Shown one piece after another: positions 24,262-36,289 of a stretch of DNA of 64,000 nucleotides. Positions within the stretch are counted from its first letter, which is position 1; every line of letters starts with the position of its first letter. The DNA is from Plasmodiophora brassicae (Eukaryota), in contig CP145422.1 of assembly GCA_036867785.1 (NCBI GenBank), positions 496,001 through 560,000 of the forward strand. Direction: 5' to 3'. Below the pieces are notes generated by a model. That model was not told the origin of the DNA. It ran no database searches and saw only the letters and a program-made list of their open reading frames with translations. A program made the position numbers and the translations under genes.

Positions 24262-26751
24262 TCAATCCAGGGAGAGACCCTTCGAGAGCAGGAATGCCCT
24301 CTGGTTTGGCTCCCGACCGAGGAACTGGCGGAGGCTGTCGATCGCGTCTCGCGAGCCTCCGGGAGCGAGAATCATGTTGCGATAGTCGTCGCCGACGGCG
24401 GGGTCGAGAAGGTGGCCCTCCTTGAACCGCGATGCAAACATGTCCATGGAGTAGACCGAGCTCCACATGTAGCCGTAGTACTGGCTGTCGTACCCGCCAG
24501 CCAGATGACCAAACGATGCAGCGAAATTGGTACCCGGCGTCATTGGGACACCTAGGATCTGCTGCTGCAGCGTCGCCAACAGGGACTTGGTGTCAGATTT
24601 CGGGCGGGAGTGAATGGTCTGGTCGAACAGCCCAAACAGCAGTTGTCGCTTCTCGGTCAGCCCCGCGTTGGCGTTCTTGCTGCGAACAAGCTTCCCGATC
24701 AGATCGTCGGGGAGCTTCTTCGAATTGTCGTCGACGTGCCCAGACAGGAGCAACAGCGTTGATGCTTCCCAGCACCAGTTTTCGAGCATCTGGGAGGGGC
24801 ACTCTGCGGCATACGTTAGATGCAGTGAAACACAAAGCGTTGGAGAGTCCGTTTGAGATACCAACGAAGTCGCGCTCCACACGTGTGCCAGAGAACCGGG
24901 CCCATTGCACATTGGAGCACAACTGGTGCATCACGTGGCCGAACTCGTGGAACAGCGTGACGACCTCCTGATGTCGCAGGAGCGACGGCTTTGAAGGCGC
25001 CGGTTTCGTGAAGTTGGTCACCATCGCAGCGACCGGAATTTGAGGGCCCGCGTTCACAGATCGCTTGTTGCATTGCGCCTAGAGGAGCACATTCCGTCAG
25101 CACCATCGCCCCTCGCGAACGTGACATCCAATCAACCTGCAGGCCAAAGACAGCTGCGTGCCCGTACTTCCCTATGTAGGCCGCGGCGTCAGAACCAAGT
25201 CACGTGCTGAACAGCGGAACGTCACACGGGTACCTTCGCGGGGATGAAGGTCCAGGTAGAAATAGCCCACCAGTGTGCCAGTACGCGAATCATGGACGGC
25301 AAACAGTTCGACATCGTCATGCCAGGCCTTGGCATTGTCCACGCGAGTGAACTTGAGCGACAGCAGCTTCTGGTATATTTCGAGCATGCCCTTCATCACG
25401 ACATGCAACGGGAAGTACTGCTTGATGACTTCGTGGTCCACATCATACTTGGTTTTCTCACGCAAGTTGAGATAGAACGAGAAGTCCCACTGGTTGATGC
25501 GACCATCGAAGGGTTCGCCGCGCGCCGCTTTGTCTTGACGCTTGAGCTCCAGAAGTTCAGCCAGCTCGTTGTCTGCCAGAGCCTGGAGCTTGACGTTCAG
25601 TGACTCCAGGAATTCGCGAACCTTGACGGGTGATTTCGCCATCCGAATATCCAACGTGTACGTAGCATGGTCGGGGAACCCAAGCAGGTTGGCTTTCTCG
25701 TGACGCAGTTCAAGAAGGCGCTCAAGGATGGGCGTGTTGGGGTCCTTGCACCGGCTGTTGAACGTGAACTCCACCTGCCGACGCGTGTCCTCGACCTTGC
25801 AGAGTTTCATGACCGGTACCGATTCCGGGTACTTCATCGTGACAATGTACCGCCCGTCGTCCGACTTGTTCAATCGTTCCAGGAAATCAGAAGGCATGCC
25901 TTCCAGCTGGTCCTCGGTGAACAGACACTTCGAGTTCTCTTCGCCCAAGTTCCTCGAGAACTCGATCTGCTTCTCCGTGATCTCCTTCTGGATCGCCTGG
26001 ACTCGTGTACGAGTTGCTTCGTCCAGCTCCAGGCCGTTTCGGCGGAAGTCACGAAGCAGCCGATCGAGCAATCGACGATCTTCAACGTCCAGCCCCTTCG
26101 GGTTCGACAGATCGAACCGGACGAGGCTGTCGAACACGTCTTTCCGCATCCCACTTTCAACTTTTAAAAACAAGTCAGATCATTGATCGGTTTGGAAGAT
26201 CGTAGCAAGCACGAACCGAAGTAGGCGGTGACCTTCTTATCGGCGTCAGCGCACGCGTCGCGAATGCCTTTATCAGCGTGAACATGTTGCATGAATTCGC
26301 AACTGGTGATGATGGGTGATAGGATGCGTTCCTGATCGGCGAGCGGAAGTACAGTATTCTCGAACGTGTGCTTCCCGTCAGGTACGGCGGCGACGCCGTC
26401 CTCAATCTGTTTCGAGCGCGTAATGACCTCATCGGCCAGCGCCGCGATCGCATCAACGTCCAGATCGAATCGCAACTTGGAGTGAGCCGCGATCGGTGAC
26501 GCTTGCCGAATCGCGTCGTCGAACACTTCAAGGGGGACATCGTTCAAAGCAGCGCCGAGAACGTCGACGAACGCCTCTAGACAATAAATCAGTCACACGG
26601 CCATTCCCGAAGACAGCTCTCATGCACTACGATTGGTCAGCTTGGAGGATACGTCCGGGACGCCGACCAGCTTGCAAACGGCCTGCGCTGCCGACACCCG
26701 CCCATCCAGGCTCCGCAGGACCTGGCGCCTGAATGCGTTGACCATTGACAT
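24262..26751 (-). CDS. Thimet oligopeptidase/neurolysin (peptidase M3A), multi-exon
   Basis: [23 protein letters not shown] (HEXXH), [40 protein letters not shown]. An upstream exon (26751-26631) splices in frame. Confidence 0.93.
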
Positions 26752-27247
26752 CCGCGGCCCCAGGCCAAGTTCCACAATGGCGCCGCCGAATGGAACAGCA
26801 CCCGGGGCCGCAATACCAAAAACGTTCGTAAAATCGTTGTTGCTGGTTTTTGCGGAAACGCTCAACAGTTTGTCCACACAAGGCCAATAGTGGCATATTT
26901 AAAGGCAATGCCCCGCCCCTGTACCCATCATCCATGTCATTGTACGCACCTGTCACCCGTCGTTTCGCTTGGCGGCCAGCGGTATCCACCCGTACCCGGC
27001 TCATTGCCGACAGCTGCGTTCCAACCGCCACACACCATGCGTTTTATCCCAAATGATGAAGTGAGCGAGGCATATAGCATACAGGCGTCTACCTTCGCGA
27101 GCAGCACACCTCTTTTTCTGGCGCCATGTGTTGATTTTACACCCAGCAACCAGCACCGCTGAACATTCCGGCACGAGCACCGCGGAACATCCCGACACCA
27201 TCTGCGTTTGGATGAAAGCGAGGAATACAGCAATATGACGAAGAGCT

Positions 27248-28438
27248 TTAGTATGTGATTTGGTCAATATCGTACACGATTCTCCAGAACCATGCGCGCT
27301 CCTTGCCCGGCTCGCAGACGGTGAAGCTCTGCACGAGCATGAAGCAGCGACCCTGCACGGTACGGCCGTCTCTGCAGACGAACGTTTGCCTGCAGCAATG
27401 CATGGCGTCGCCGCCCTCGATGGCGTTCTTCGCCAACACGTACGCAATGCACGGCCACGACGACTCCATCAGGAACTTCCAGCAGGGAGCCAGGAAACAG
27501 GTGCGCTGCTCGCGAAAGTAGATGCTTGTGTATGCCTCGTTCACTTCATCGTTTGTGTAGCCGAATAGCGCTTCTGCAGCCTTGTTCATCGTCGCTACAC
27601 GATGCATATGGGTCCCTTCTATGGGACGGAACAAAGTTAGATAGTGTACCAGACAGGCGGCAGCGTAGCTCGTCTACCAATGACCAGCGTCGACATCAGA
27701 ATCGCGTTTGACTCGTTGAAGCATGTCGTCAGGGGAAATGGCATAGATATCGGTGGAGCCAAAACCGTCCATTCGCCCCTCTTAATGTCCTCCTTGACAC
27801 ATAACTGGTCGTCCGGTAACAACTGTGCAATAGGCCCTTTGAGATACGCATCCCTATAGACAGATGACTCCAACTCAGCAACCGATACGTTTCCCTGTCC
27901 CGACGTGTGCAATGGTTACTGTTGAAAGGATGGCAGGTTATGGATGAACTCAGGCGAGAAGTAGTGGTGCCCACGTGCCGTCATCTGTCTGAGCTCTTCC
28001 GGCATAATCCTAGACGTCTCCAGCGGTGTCGGTACCGACAGCGATGATTGCGCAGGGCATGCAGGGAGAGTAATATCATGGAGACTTCGAAGGTCCGCAA
28101 GGCAATCAGCGATGGTCCCGAGCCGTACACATCGTAAGCACGGCCGGAAATCGCTACATCGTACTTTGCTTCGCACCTGCGCACCAGCGTCAGAAACAAA
28201 AGTATGGGGAGTTCGGTTGAAACCATACGCAACACGAGCAGGCGGCTGCCGCCCGTGGTTCCCGCCTTTTGGATAGCGATGCGGACGGCACGGCGACTCG
28301 ATCAGCACATTCCGTCCCTGACCTGCTTCGGCACTGGTTGCATGGTCGCTCGCCGTTGCACTTTACTTTTCGGCTAGCGCACGATGCGCATGCCGACCGC
28401 TGGCGCGGGGTCACCTTTGGCGCGGCCTTGCCGGACAT
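27248..28438 (-). CDS. Transcription factor with two Zn(II)2Cys6 clusters and a C-terminal PAS-like domain
   Basis: CASCASRKVKCNGERPCNQCRSRSGTEC and, after an intron, CSCCVRSKVRCSDFRPCLRCVRLGTIADC. PAS-like MNKAAEALFGYTNDEV...FVCRDG. Confidence 0.82.
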
Positions 28439-28894
28439 TCTGCGAATGCAGCACGAAGCGTTACAGAGAGGATCCCACGCGGCCCGACACCTAACCAAAC
28501 ACGCTTCCGCACCTGCGTTATACGCCGATATGGAGGGCGATAGATAGCAGAGCGGCCAGTCGAGTGAGGAAACGGCGTCGTCCACGGGGCGGGGGGTCGG
28601 CATTTCACGGTCCGCGTGTCGATGTTACTCGGTCACGTCGACACACGCAGTTTCAAATCCCCGATCCGGGACCCCTGGTCACTGTGCGTTGCGCGATGGA
28701 AACACGATAGTAGAGCGGGGTTCCCTCGTGCCGCAGGCCGCTTTCGACACCGTGTCACTGAGGCTGGCGCTGATCAAACTAACTGCGGGAGAACCGTAGC
28801 AGATTTTGCAATTTGGTTGACCTCATGACTCATGAGCACGACCAGTCCCAGGCGGCTCACGGCGATGCAGTCTAATATACAGAAACACGATTTA

Positions 28895-30025
28895 CTATGT
28901 TTCGATTGCTGATGGATAATATGCGGCAAGGTAATAGTACGTTGCCGGGAATGCGAACAGCAGGCCGTCCTGTGCTATGGTTACAAGCAATATCGAAAAC
29001 TAGACGAAGCCCATACACATACGATTCGGTCGAGCAAGCCGCCCCATCCTAGCAGGACCGTTCCCATGTCCTTAACGTTCAGGCCACGTTTAATCAGGCT
29101 CTCAACAAGGTCACCTGTGCAATGGGTTAGGATCTGAGGAACACCTAAACGAATATAGCGCACCAAGTGAGCCGGCAATGGATATCACGCAAGGCAACGC
29201 TATGCTTCTTGAACCGACCAGAGGAAACTTTGACGCTACAGCACACCTGTCAATAACAGCTACGAAGGATATCACAAGGCCTGCTGTACCGGGGAAAAAG
29301 AAGCCATGAAGCGAGTCGAAGGCGAGAGAGGCGAGGACGCCGGTGAGTACAGCGGCAACATATCCCTCGAGCGTCTTCCCGGGGCTGATCCATGACACCC
29401 GGTGGCGGCCAAACACGGCGCCGCCGAACAAAGCACCCGTTTCTCCGACCCCAATTACGACGATGACGTATATGAGCACATCGAGCGCCCATTGCTGCTT
29501 ATTGAGCAACGCTGCATAGCCAATGTTGCATCCGATGTACCACGTGCAGAAGCACGTCGCCAGGAGTTGCAGATGAATCGTCGTGTCCGTTTTCGAATGT
29601 CCAACTTGAAGTATAACATACAGACAGCATATCAGTATCATTGCGCCTGACACCGATGTAAGGATGGTGGCGGGCAATCGTTCGCAGGGACAATACCGTT
29701 TGTCGCATGGAGCAGACCGGATTCGCCGTACATGACCGCTGCGAATACGATACCCGGAGCAAACAGCGCCCATATCAGTCGCATCAACACTGACGATTGG
29801 CATCCAATGCCGCGATCCAGATTGCTCTTCAATTCCAAACTCGCCTACACGCCAGTCGGGGTTAGACCAGGACGGGTACCGCGACCTCCAAGCCCGTCGT
29901 CGCCTTACGAGGAGCGACAACGCCAATCCGAACACAATTCTCAGCGACGCGTTCAACAGCAGAAACAGGGCGATCGGTGCCACGATGCCAAACGCGAGGA
30001 ACCGCGACCTCAGGTTCATTCCCAT
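28895..30025 (-). CDS. Phosphatidate cytidylyltransferase (CDP-DAG synthase family), multi-exon
   Basis: GALFGG..FGRH, ISPGKTLEG, GDLVESLIKR..VKDMG..L.G.GGLLDRIDGLLF. Confidence 0.88.
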
Positions 30026-30166
30026 CGTCGTTGGGCGCACAACGGGCGGACTCCGACGTAAACTATTTCGAGATCGGCGGTGATCTAAACCATGATGACA
30101 AGCAGTACGTCACACTCGGTCGCATCCGAATGTGATGCCTCTTGTATTTATGCATTATGTATGACT

Positions 30167-31957
30167 TTATGCGAATGTGAAGGTGCGAACGGTGGCCGCC
30201 TCGACGGGAACAGGAACGCAGTCCAGGTTCCTGACATCGAGGATGTCGTGCTTGACGGAGCTGACGTTGTTGATGTACCTGACCAGTTCCGCGTCTGTGC
30301 ATGTCGATTGAACGATAAACGGATGGTGCTATATGGAACTCAGGTGCCACCCCATAGGCAAGGTTGGTGCTATTACCAGTAGCGATTCGGCAGATGGGCG
30401 ATCCGAAGGTGACCGACTTACACTGCCAACCGGTCATAAAGCGCGAACGTGATTCACCACGAATGCATACCATGACGATACAAAGTCGTTGAATTCGTTG
30501 GAAAACATGTTCCCTGGAAGGCGGGGTGTAGGGCAGGTCGACACCGTATCCAGCATGTCCCAGAAAGCGGGTTTGCTTCTTGATCGAAAAGCGGTCTGGG
30601 TGAAGGGGAAGTACCCTAACGCGCATTCCATTAAGGTGATCCCAAAGCTCCTGCGAATACAGCTACCACTAAGCGACGATGGAGAAATGCACCGCACCGT
30701 CACGGTTTACCATATATCGCTGGAGACGGTGTGGTTTTCACCCATGATCCTCTCCGGTGACATATACGAAACCTGCCAGATGATCGTCAAGCGACACTTG
30801 TCTACTCTTCAACAACAGTCTCGTACCGTTCCGACGAACGTGTGGCGATTTCTCGTGACGTTGGATACCTTGCCACTGACACCAAAATCGGCCAGTTTGA
30901 CCTGGCTTGTCCACATCAGTCGTCGACCACGAACGTTCACACTTGACAGACTAACGCGTCCCATCGAGTTTAAAAGAATGTTGCTCGGTTTCAGATCCCG
31001 ATGTATGATCCCCTTCGAACAGTGCAGGTATACCAAGCCATGTAGAATCTACATAATGCCACAGCCGTTTCAGACTCCATCGAGCACTTTGTTACGTCGT
31101 CGCGTTGGTACCTGTTTGGCAATTGCCGAGATAATGTATTCTGGTATCGAGCTGTTTAATGACCGCGTTGCCAAATCCTTGAGTGAGCCCTAATAACGCA
31201 TCGTCATAAACACAGAATGGTTCCCGCTCGACGAACCGGCATACGGAATCCATGTACTCCATGACGATCGAGGCGCAGGAGTTGCTGTAGAACGCGCCGT
31301 GAAAGCTGACGATACTCGGGGAATTGCACTCGTGAAGGGCGCGCAGTTCGGCAATGATCGGCTGGACACGTTCTGCCGACGTATCCAAGTCGACCTGCTT
31401 CAACGCCAGCAGCTGCCGTGTCGCTTTGTGTCTCACGATGCGCACGCGCGACGTACTGCCGACACCACACACCTGATCCCGTCAAATTAGAACAAGGCAG
31501 AACCGACATCCTGGACGCTGACCCGTACCGCAAACACTTCAAGTTCATTGATGCCCGAAATTTGGATGTCGACTCGCGTTGTTTGATGACCGTCAACCAC
31601 ATCGGCATCGCTTACCGGGCGCGACGAATCCACGAGAGACGTCAGACCCGCGGCTTTGACACTCGGGCCCAACGTGAATCCTTTGCCATCGATCTGAAAA
31701 TCTCCAATCACGAAGGCTCCTGAATGAGTGAGCCGAACCTGTTTGCAGATTAGGGGACGTGGTTCATTCCACAGGCGAATTGCAACCCGGACCTGGCTCT
31801 TCAGGACGTCGTCGACATCGTTCTCGTCAACGCACAGCGCCGGTGGTCGTCTCCGACGAAAACCAGGCTTGTTATTACGACCTGACTGGCGACGAGACGT
31901 CAAGCCAGGCTGCTGCTGCCTGGACCTGGTGTTCGCTCGCGTATTTGGTGGCGCCAT
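30167..31957 (-). CDS. MAP kinase kinase (STE7/MEK family), multi-exon
   Basis: Basic docking motif [61 protein letters not shown]. Confidence 0.9.
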
Positions 31958-32172
31958 TGCCGCCCCCAGACCTATGTGCGTTGATCGCTGACCGGGTGAG
32001 GAGCGTAACGCGACCCTCTCGGCAGCCTCCTCCCCTCCTCGTTCCGTCTCTGACAGCACGCATTACGACTTAGGTATGTCAGCGTGGGCGTCGTAGGAGC
32101 CAAAGGTGGCGGTGCGGCCGCGGGGCGGGGTGTTTGCGTCGACGGCACCGTTGTCGCCGGGCACATCGCGCG

Positions 32173-32572
32173 ATGGTGGTCCGATTGCGGTTGGCACGAT
32201 TCGGGCGACACAAGCTGCCGTTCTACAGGATGGTGGCCGTTGATTCGCGGGTGCGCCGCGATGGGAAACCGCTGGAGGTGGTCGGCACCTGGAATCCGCT
32301 GCCCGACAAGTTCGGCGCCAAACACCTCCGATTGAACATGGAACGCGTCAAGTACTGGGTACCTCTAGCGACATGGGATCTTGCTATGTGTAGACAGGGA
32401 GATGACGAATCTAGTCTAGTTGGGTGTAGGCGCGCAACCGACCTCCATCGTCCATAACTTGTTGTCCAAGGCCGATCTCCTTGAACCGCCCTGCGTGCCG
32501 ACGCCGGACCCGAACAACCCGAAGGGCAAGAAGAAGGACAAGGAGAAGTCGAAGAAGGCGACATCCAAATAA
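32173..32572 (+). CDS. rps16: Organellar (mitochondrial) ribosomal protein S16, 2 exons
   Basis: MVVRLRLARFGRHKLPFYRMVAVDSR..RDGK.LEVVGTWNP, RVKYW|LGVGAQPT. Confidence 0.92.
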
Positions 32573-32675
32573 CGTTCCATCACGACAGATAAACGCTACA
32601 TGGAGAGATGGCTTCCAATATGGTGATCACACAGTAACAGTTTCATTGTGATCTGTCGTCAAGAACCCCAAGGAT

Positions 32676-32996
32676 TCAGTAGTGGCGACGGGGCTGTTGA
32701 ATCATATGCGGCTGGCTCTGCACGGGGCGATCGTGCTTCGGCGGCAACTCTTTGTGCTCGCTCGGGGCATGGAATTCGTCATGGCGAGCCAGGGCCTTCT
32801 CTCTCAACTCCAGTTCGCCCACCTCATCGCCTTCATCACCAAGCTCAGCGGGTTGTTCGCCTTCGCGGTCTCCTTCTGTCCGCGGGGATATCCCCGCCCC
32901 ACGACGATGATGAGCGGCTTCGTGACGTGCCCCACCGGCGACGCGGGCCGGCTTCTTGTCGTCCGGAATGTTCACCTCTACGGCGTCCTCCATCAT
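32676..32996 (-). CDS. Death-associated protein 1 (DAP1/DAPL1)-like small disordered protein
   Basis: 106 aa. N-terminal KPARVAGGAR (compare PPAVKAGGMR) and C-terminal HMIQQPRR (compare HIQQPRK). Confidence 0.7.
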   Translation of the reverse strand: MMEDAVEVNIPDDKKPARVAGGARHEAAHHRRGAGISPRTEGDREGEQPAELGDEGDEVGELELREKALARHDEFHAPSEHKELPPKHDRPVQSQPHMIQQPRRHY

Positions 32997-33821
32997 CGTG
33001 CCTTTCTTGCAACTGGTTCGGTCGGGTCGGATATATCGCGGCCTTTTCCATTCATGCACGTTGTGGAAGCTTCCTGCAGCAGGCACAGAAACCAGGGGCC
33101 TTTCTCCACCCGCCCCAGTGGAAGCTCCAGCCCCGCATTCACGGCGCTATTATTGGCACCCAGAAGATGGCGGCTGCCAGGAACGTAGACACACAAGCCT
33201 CACGCTGAAGGTGGCGAATGGAATTTATTAAGTTGTATCCGTTGCAGACAGGGCGTCCCGTCACGGTATCGGGGGCAGTCAGAGTGCCGCAGTACGCGAG
33301 TTTCACACATCTGAGCATTCGTACATGCATTCACACCCTTTGGACCTGGCTCTCAGCAGTTATAAGGACGACTGTAGGGTAGTGTGAGACTCGCCATATC
33401 AATTGGACGTTAGGGCAATGTACCACAATGATTACCCACTGGCCATTCTCACTAAAAACACCGAACCAGGTGAAAATCCTTCTAACGGACACCCGGCAGC
33501 CAATCCAGGTCGCTTCATCGAAATCCATCATTGTGGCCGTGTGTAAGGTAGGCCACCGAACCGATCCCAACCTGTTTCGTCGGAGGGTTACGCCAGGTGA
33601 CATTTCTCGGATCGCCAGCAGCCTGTTCCACAGCATCCATAAAGGTCATGCTCACCAGACCTACCCCTAAGAAGTCGGGGTCCAACCTCAGTCTATTTGC
33701 GCTGTGCAAGCTGCTGGGTCACCCGTGCCCGTGTGCGCTCTGGGGCTCCACTCGACGGCGCCTCGCGACCATCGCCGACCCAACATCGCACGGAGGGTTG
33801 GTGTATATTATATCGGTATGA

Positions 33822-34715
33822 CTAAGTAGACGGATGATAGTGTCGAGCAAACCTGTGCAGTGCGATACGAAGGTCATCCAGGGTTGCCGGCGCGTCCTGC
33901 GGCGCGCTCAAGAACGCCATGATGCAGGCGGCGGGCATGCCTCGGCGAACTTCGTCGATCAGGAGGCGCTCGAGTGCGTTGCGATTGAGGTTGTAGAATG
34001 ATCGATGGATGCAGCTGGCGCAACCGTGAATCTGCTGTGCCGACCGTGGTGATCGCTGTCTGACGCCCGTCAACGGGACCTGACGATGCGGCTCCCACGG
34101 TGGTCTTAGGGGTTTTGAAGATGACGGCGACCTTGACGGCGACCTTGACGGCGCCGGTCCCCGATCCCCCCGCTTCAATGATGATGAGAAACCGTAATTC
34201 GGTATGGAAGCCTCCTCCTGCCAGTCTGCGGGAGATGGCTCTGGATGCGGCTCGCCGTCGACTCTATCGTCGTTCTGTAACAGGTCAGCGCATTTGACGA
34301 CAATAGTTTTGTGCATCGGGACCACGTGCGGATCAGCCTTAACAGAATCATTCGGCTGCGTATCGTCGACACTTGGGGCGTCGACGAGGCCAGCGCTGTC
34401 TTCTTTGGAGAGATGAATCTCCTGGCTCGCTGGTCTGGACTTCGCAGCGTACCCTAATGGCGTTTTGATAAACTGTCGGACAGACATGCTTTTCGAAGCG
34501 GCTCGATCGTCATTGGCAGTGGTATCGACGAACGACGACTCCGACGTGGATCCCATCGTCTCCTCGAATGATGCCTGCCCGATGAGGCGGCTCAGGGGCG
34601 CGCTTTCGGCATCGACGTCGCTGCCGACGTCGTCCCAAATGAAGTCGTCACTGCCGACAGACGATTCCTGGTACGACATTGCATTCTGGGAATAGGATGG
34701 CGCGTGCCCACCCAT
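33822..34715 (-). CDS. Hypothetical protein
   Basis: 297-aa ATG-initiated ORF, Ser/Pro-rich, with a more ordered C-terminus. Confidence 0.55.
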   Translation of the reverse strand: MGGHAPSYSQNAMSYQESSVGSDDFIWDDVGSDVDAESAPLSRLIGQASFEETMGSTSESSFVDTTANDDRAASKSMSVRQFIKTPLGYAAKSRPASQEIHLSKEDSAGLVDAPSVDDTQPNDSVKADPHVVPMHKTIVVKCADLLQNDDRVDGEPHPEPSPADWQEEASIPNYGFSSSLKRGDRGPAPSRSPSRSPSSSKPLRPPWEPHRQVPLTGVRQRSPRSAQQIHGCASCIHRSFYNLNRNALERLLIDEVRRGMPAACIMAFLSAPQDAPATLDDLRIALHRFARHYHPST

Positions 34716-34804
34716 GTTGTACTGCCGTACTCCATTCTGGAGCTGTCACCAGTACCGCTAGCACGTGCATCTGACCTCGCAAGCGCACCGGTGACGGGCG
34801 CTCG

Positions 34805-34947
34805 TGAAATCCGACTGATCGAAGGGTTGCACAGCAGCTAATAGAGGTTTTTCAGACGATTCTAGTGTTTATTCTTGGAATAAACAATCAGAATCGCCTA
34901 AAAACCTCTGTTAGCTGCTGTGCAACCTTTCAACCAGTCGGATTTCA
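34805..34947. repeat. 143-bp AT-rich foldback (MITE-like or hairpin RNA)
   Basis: Arms of ~70 bp (tgaaatccgactg...gtttattc and gaataaac...cagtcggatttca) surround a 3-nt loop with few mismatches. Confidence 0.85.
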
Positions 34948-34994
34948 TCAACCTGTTATTGTTAATCGACCGTGCTTGATCACTCTTCATAGTA

Positions 34995-35940
34995 TCACGG
35001 AAGAAGGGTTTGGACCTGTTGCAACGCCTTCAAGCATGGAAGCTCAATGCAGGTTACGTCACGACCAGTGTCCCGATTATCATTCGGATTGATGCGAATC
35101 AGATGGCAACGACGCTGGTAGTGGCCAGAGCTGTAATTCGTTCTCGACAGAACGGCATCGCATTCGAGCCGGACAGTCGGGACGGCCGTCCCAGCGCCGA
35201 TCTCGACGATCACCATCTGCAGGTCCGGGTCGTCACGACAGGACCGCTGCCACTTGTAGAATCGTGAGACTTGCGCGTCGACAATGTCGGACCGCCACGC
35301 GTGGTCACCAAACATGAGCACATTCGGTCGAGCCAATCGCTGGCATGATGGGCACCTTGGTAAGGCGTCTTCGGAGACGCGCATCGTCTTGCTGTCAACG
35401 ACAACGTCGTTGAGGTCATTGCCGACAGGCCAGATCGACGACTGGGAGCACGGCAGAGTGCACTGCAGATGGAACAGCGAGCCATGACACTCGACGATGG
35501 CCATCGGGTCGAAACCGCCTTCCTGGAATTGCCCGTCGACGTTGCTCGTGAATACAAATGCGCCTTGGGTCTTACGGTCCGCCCATTGTTTCAACATTTG
35601 GAACCCGGCATGCGGACACGTCTTCCGGTACAACTGGTACCGGTGAATAAAGAACCCCCAGACCAGTTCAGGATCTTCATGAAACCTATCGAACAGGTAA
35701 GATAGATGCCCAGCGACAGCGCTGAGAGCACACTGACAGACGCGGATTGGACGTGTCCTGGAACCGCAGGCCGAGTCGTTCCAGGGCGGGGTACGCCCGC
35801 CAGAACCCCTGCGGCCCGCGGAAATCGGGCAGGCCCGAGTCGACACCCATCCCGGCGCCGGCCGCGATCAACATGGCATTGGCGCGGCCGATCGCATCAG
35901 CGGCGGCCTGCAACGCCGCCGAACTGCATCGCGACGCCAT
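34995..35940 (-). CDS. Sir2-family NAD-dependent deacylase (2 exons)
   Basis: AAGAGMGVDSGLPDFRG..GFW, FTSNVDG, ECHGS, CxxxC..CPSC, ARPNVLMFGD, EIGAG, IRINP. Confidence 0.92.
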
Positions 35941-36289
35941 GCGGCCTGTTGCAGGTGGTAGTCCAACCGTGTTTTGCCGGCGTAGCGGCCGGTAGTACAG
36001 ACTACAGAGCCGCGGCGTCCACTGTCCGGCAACTGCAGCGGCGCATCACGGCCACGCAGTGAGGACATGCAGTCGCCTAGCGTTACACAGCACCCACATC
36101 GGAGGTGTTTGCCCAACCCGCATCTCGTTCGCGGGTTGCTGCCAGCGTGCCAGGCCTGGGACATGTTGCCCAGGACCGCCACGGAACCTCAACAGTCAAC
36201 AGTCAGGACCTACCGGACGAGGTTCGTTGCTATTTCCGGCTCTGCCCGCTAGATAGTCACCCAGCGGAGCGGCATTCCATCTACGTGCG

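Noticed and set aside
33200-33820. Short ORFs on both strands
   Set aside because: No motif or consistent exon chain that I could support.
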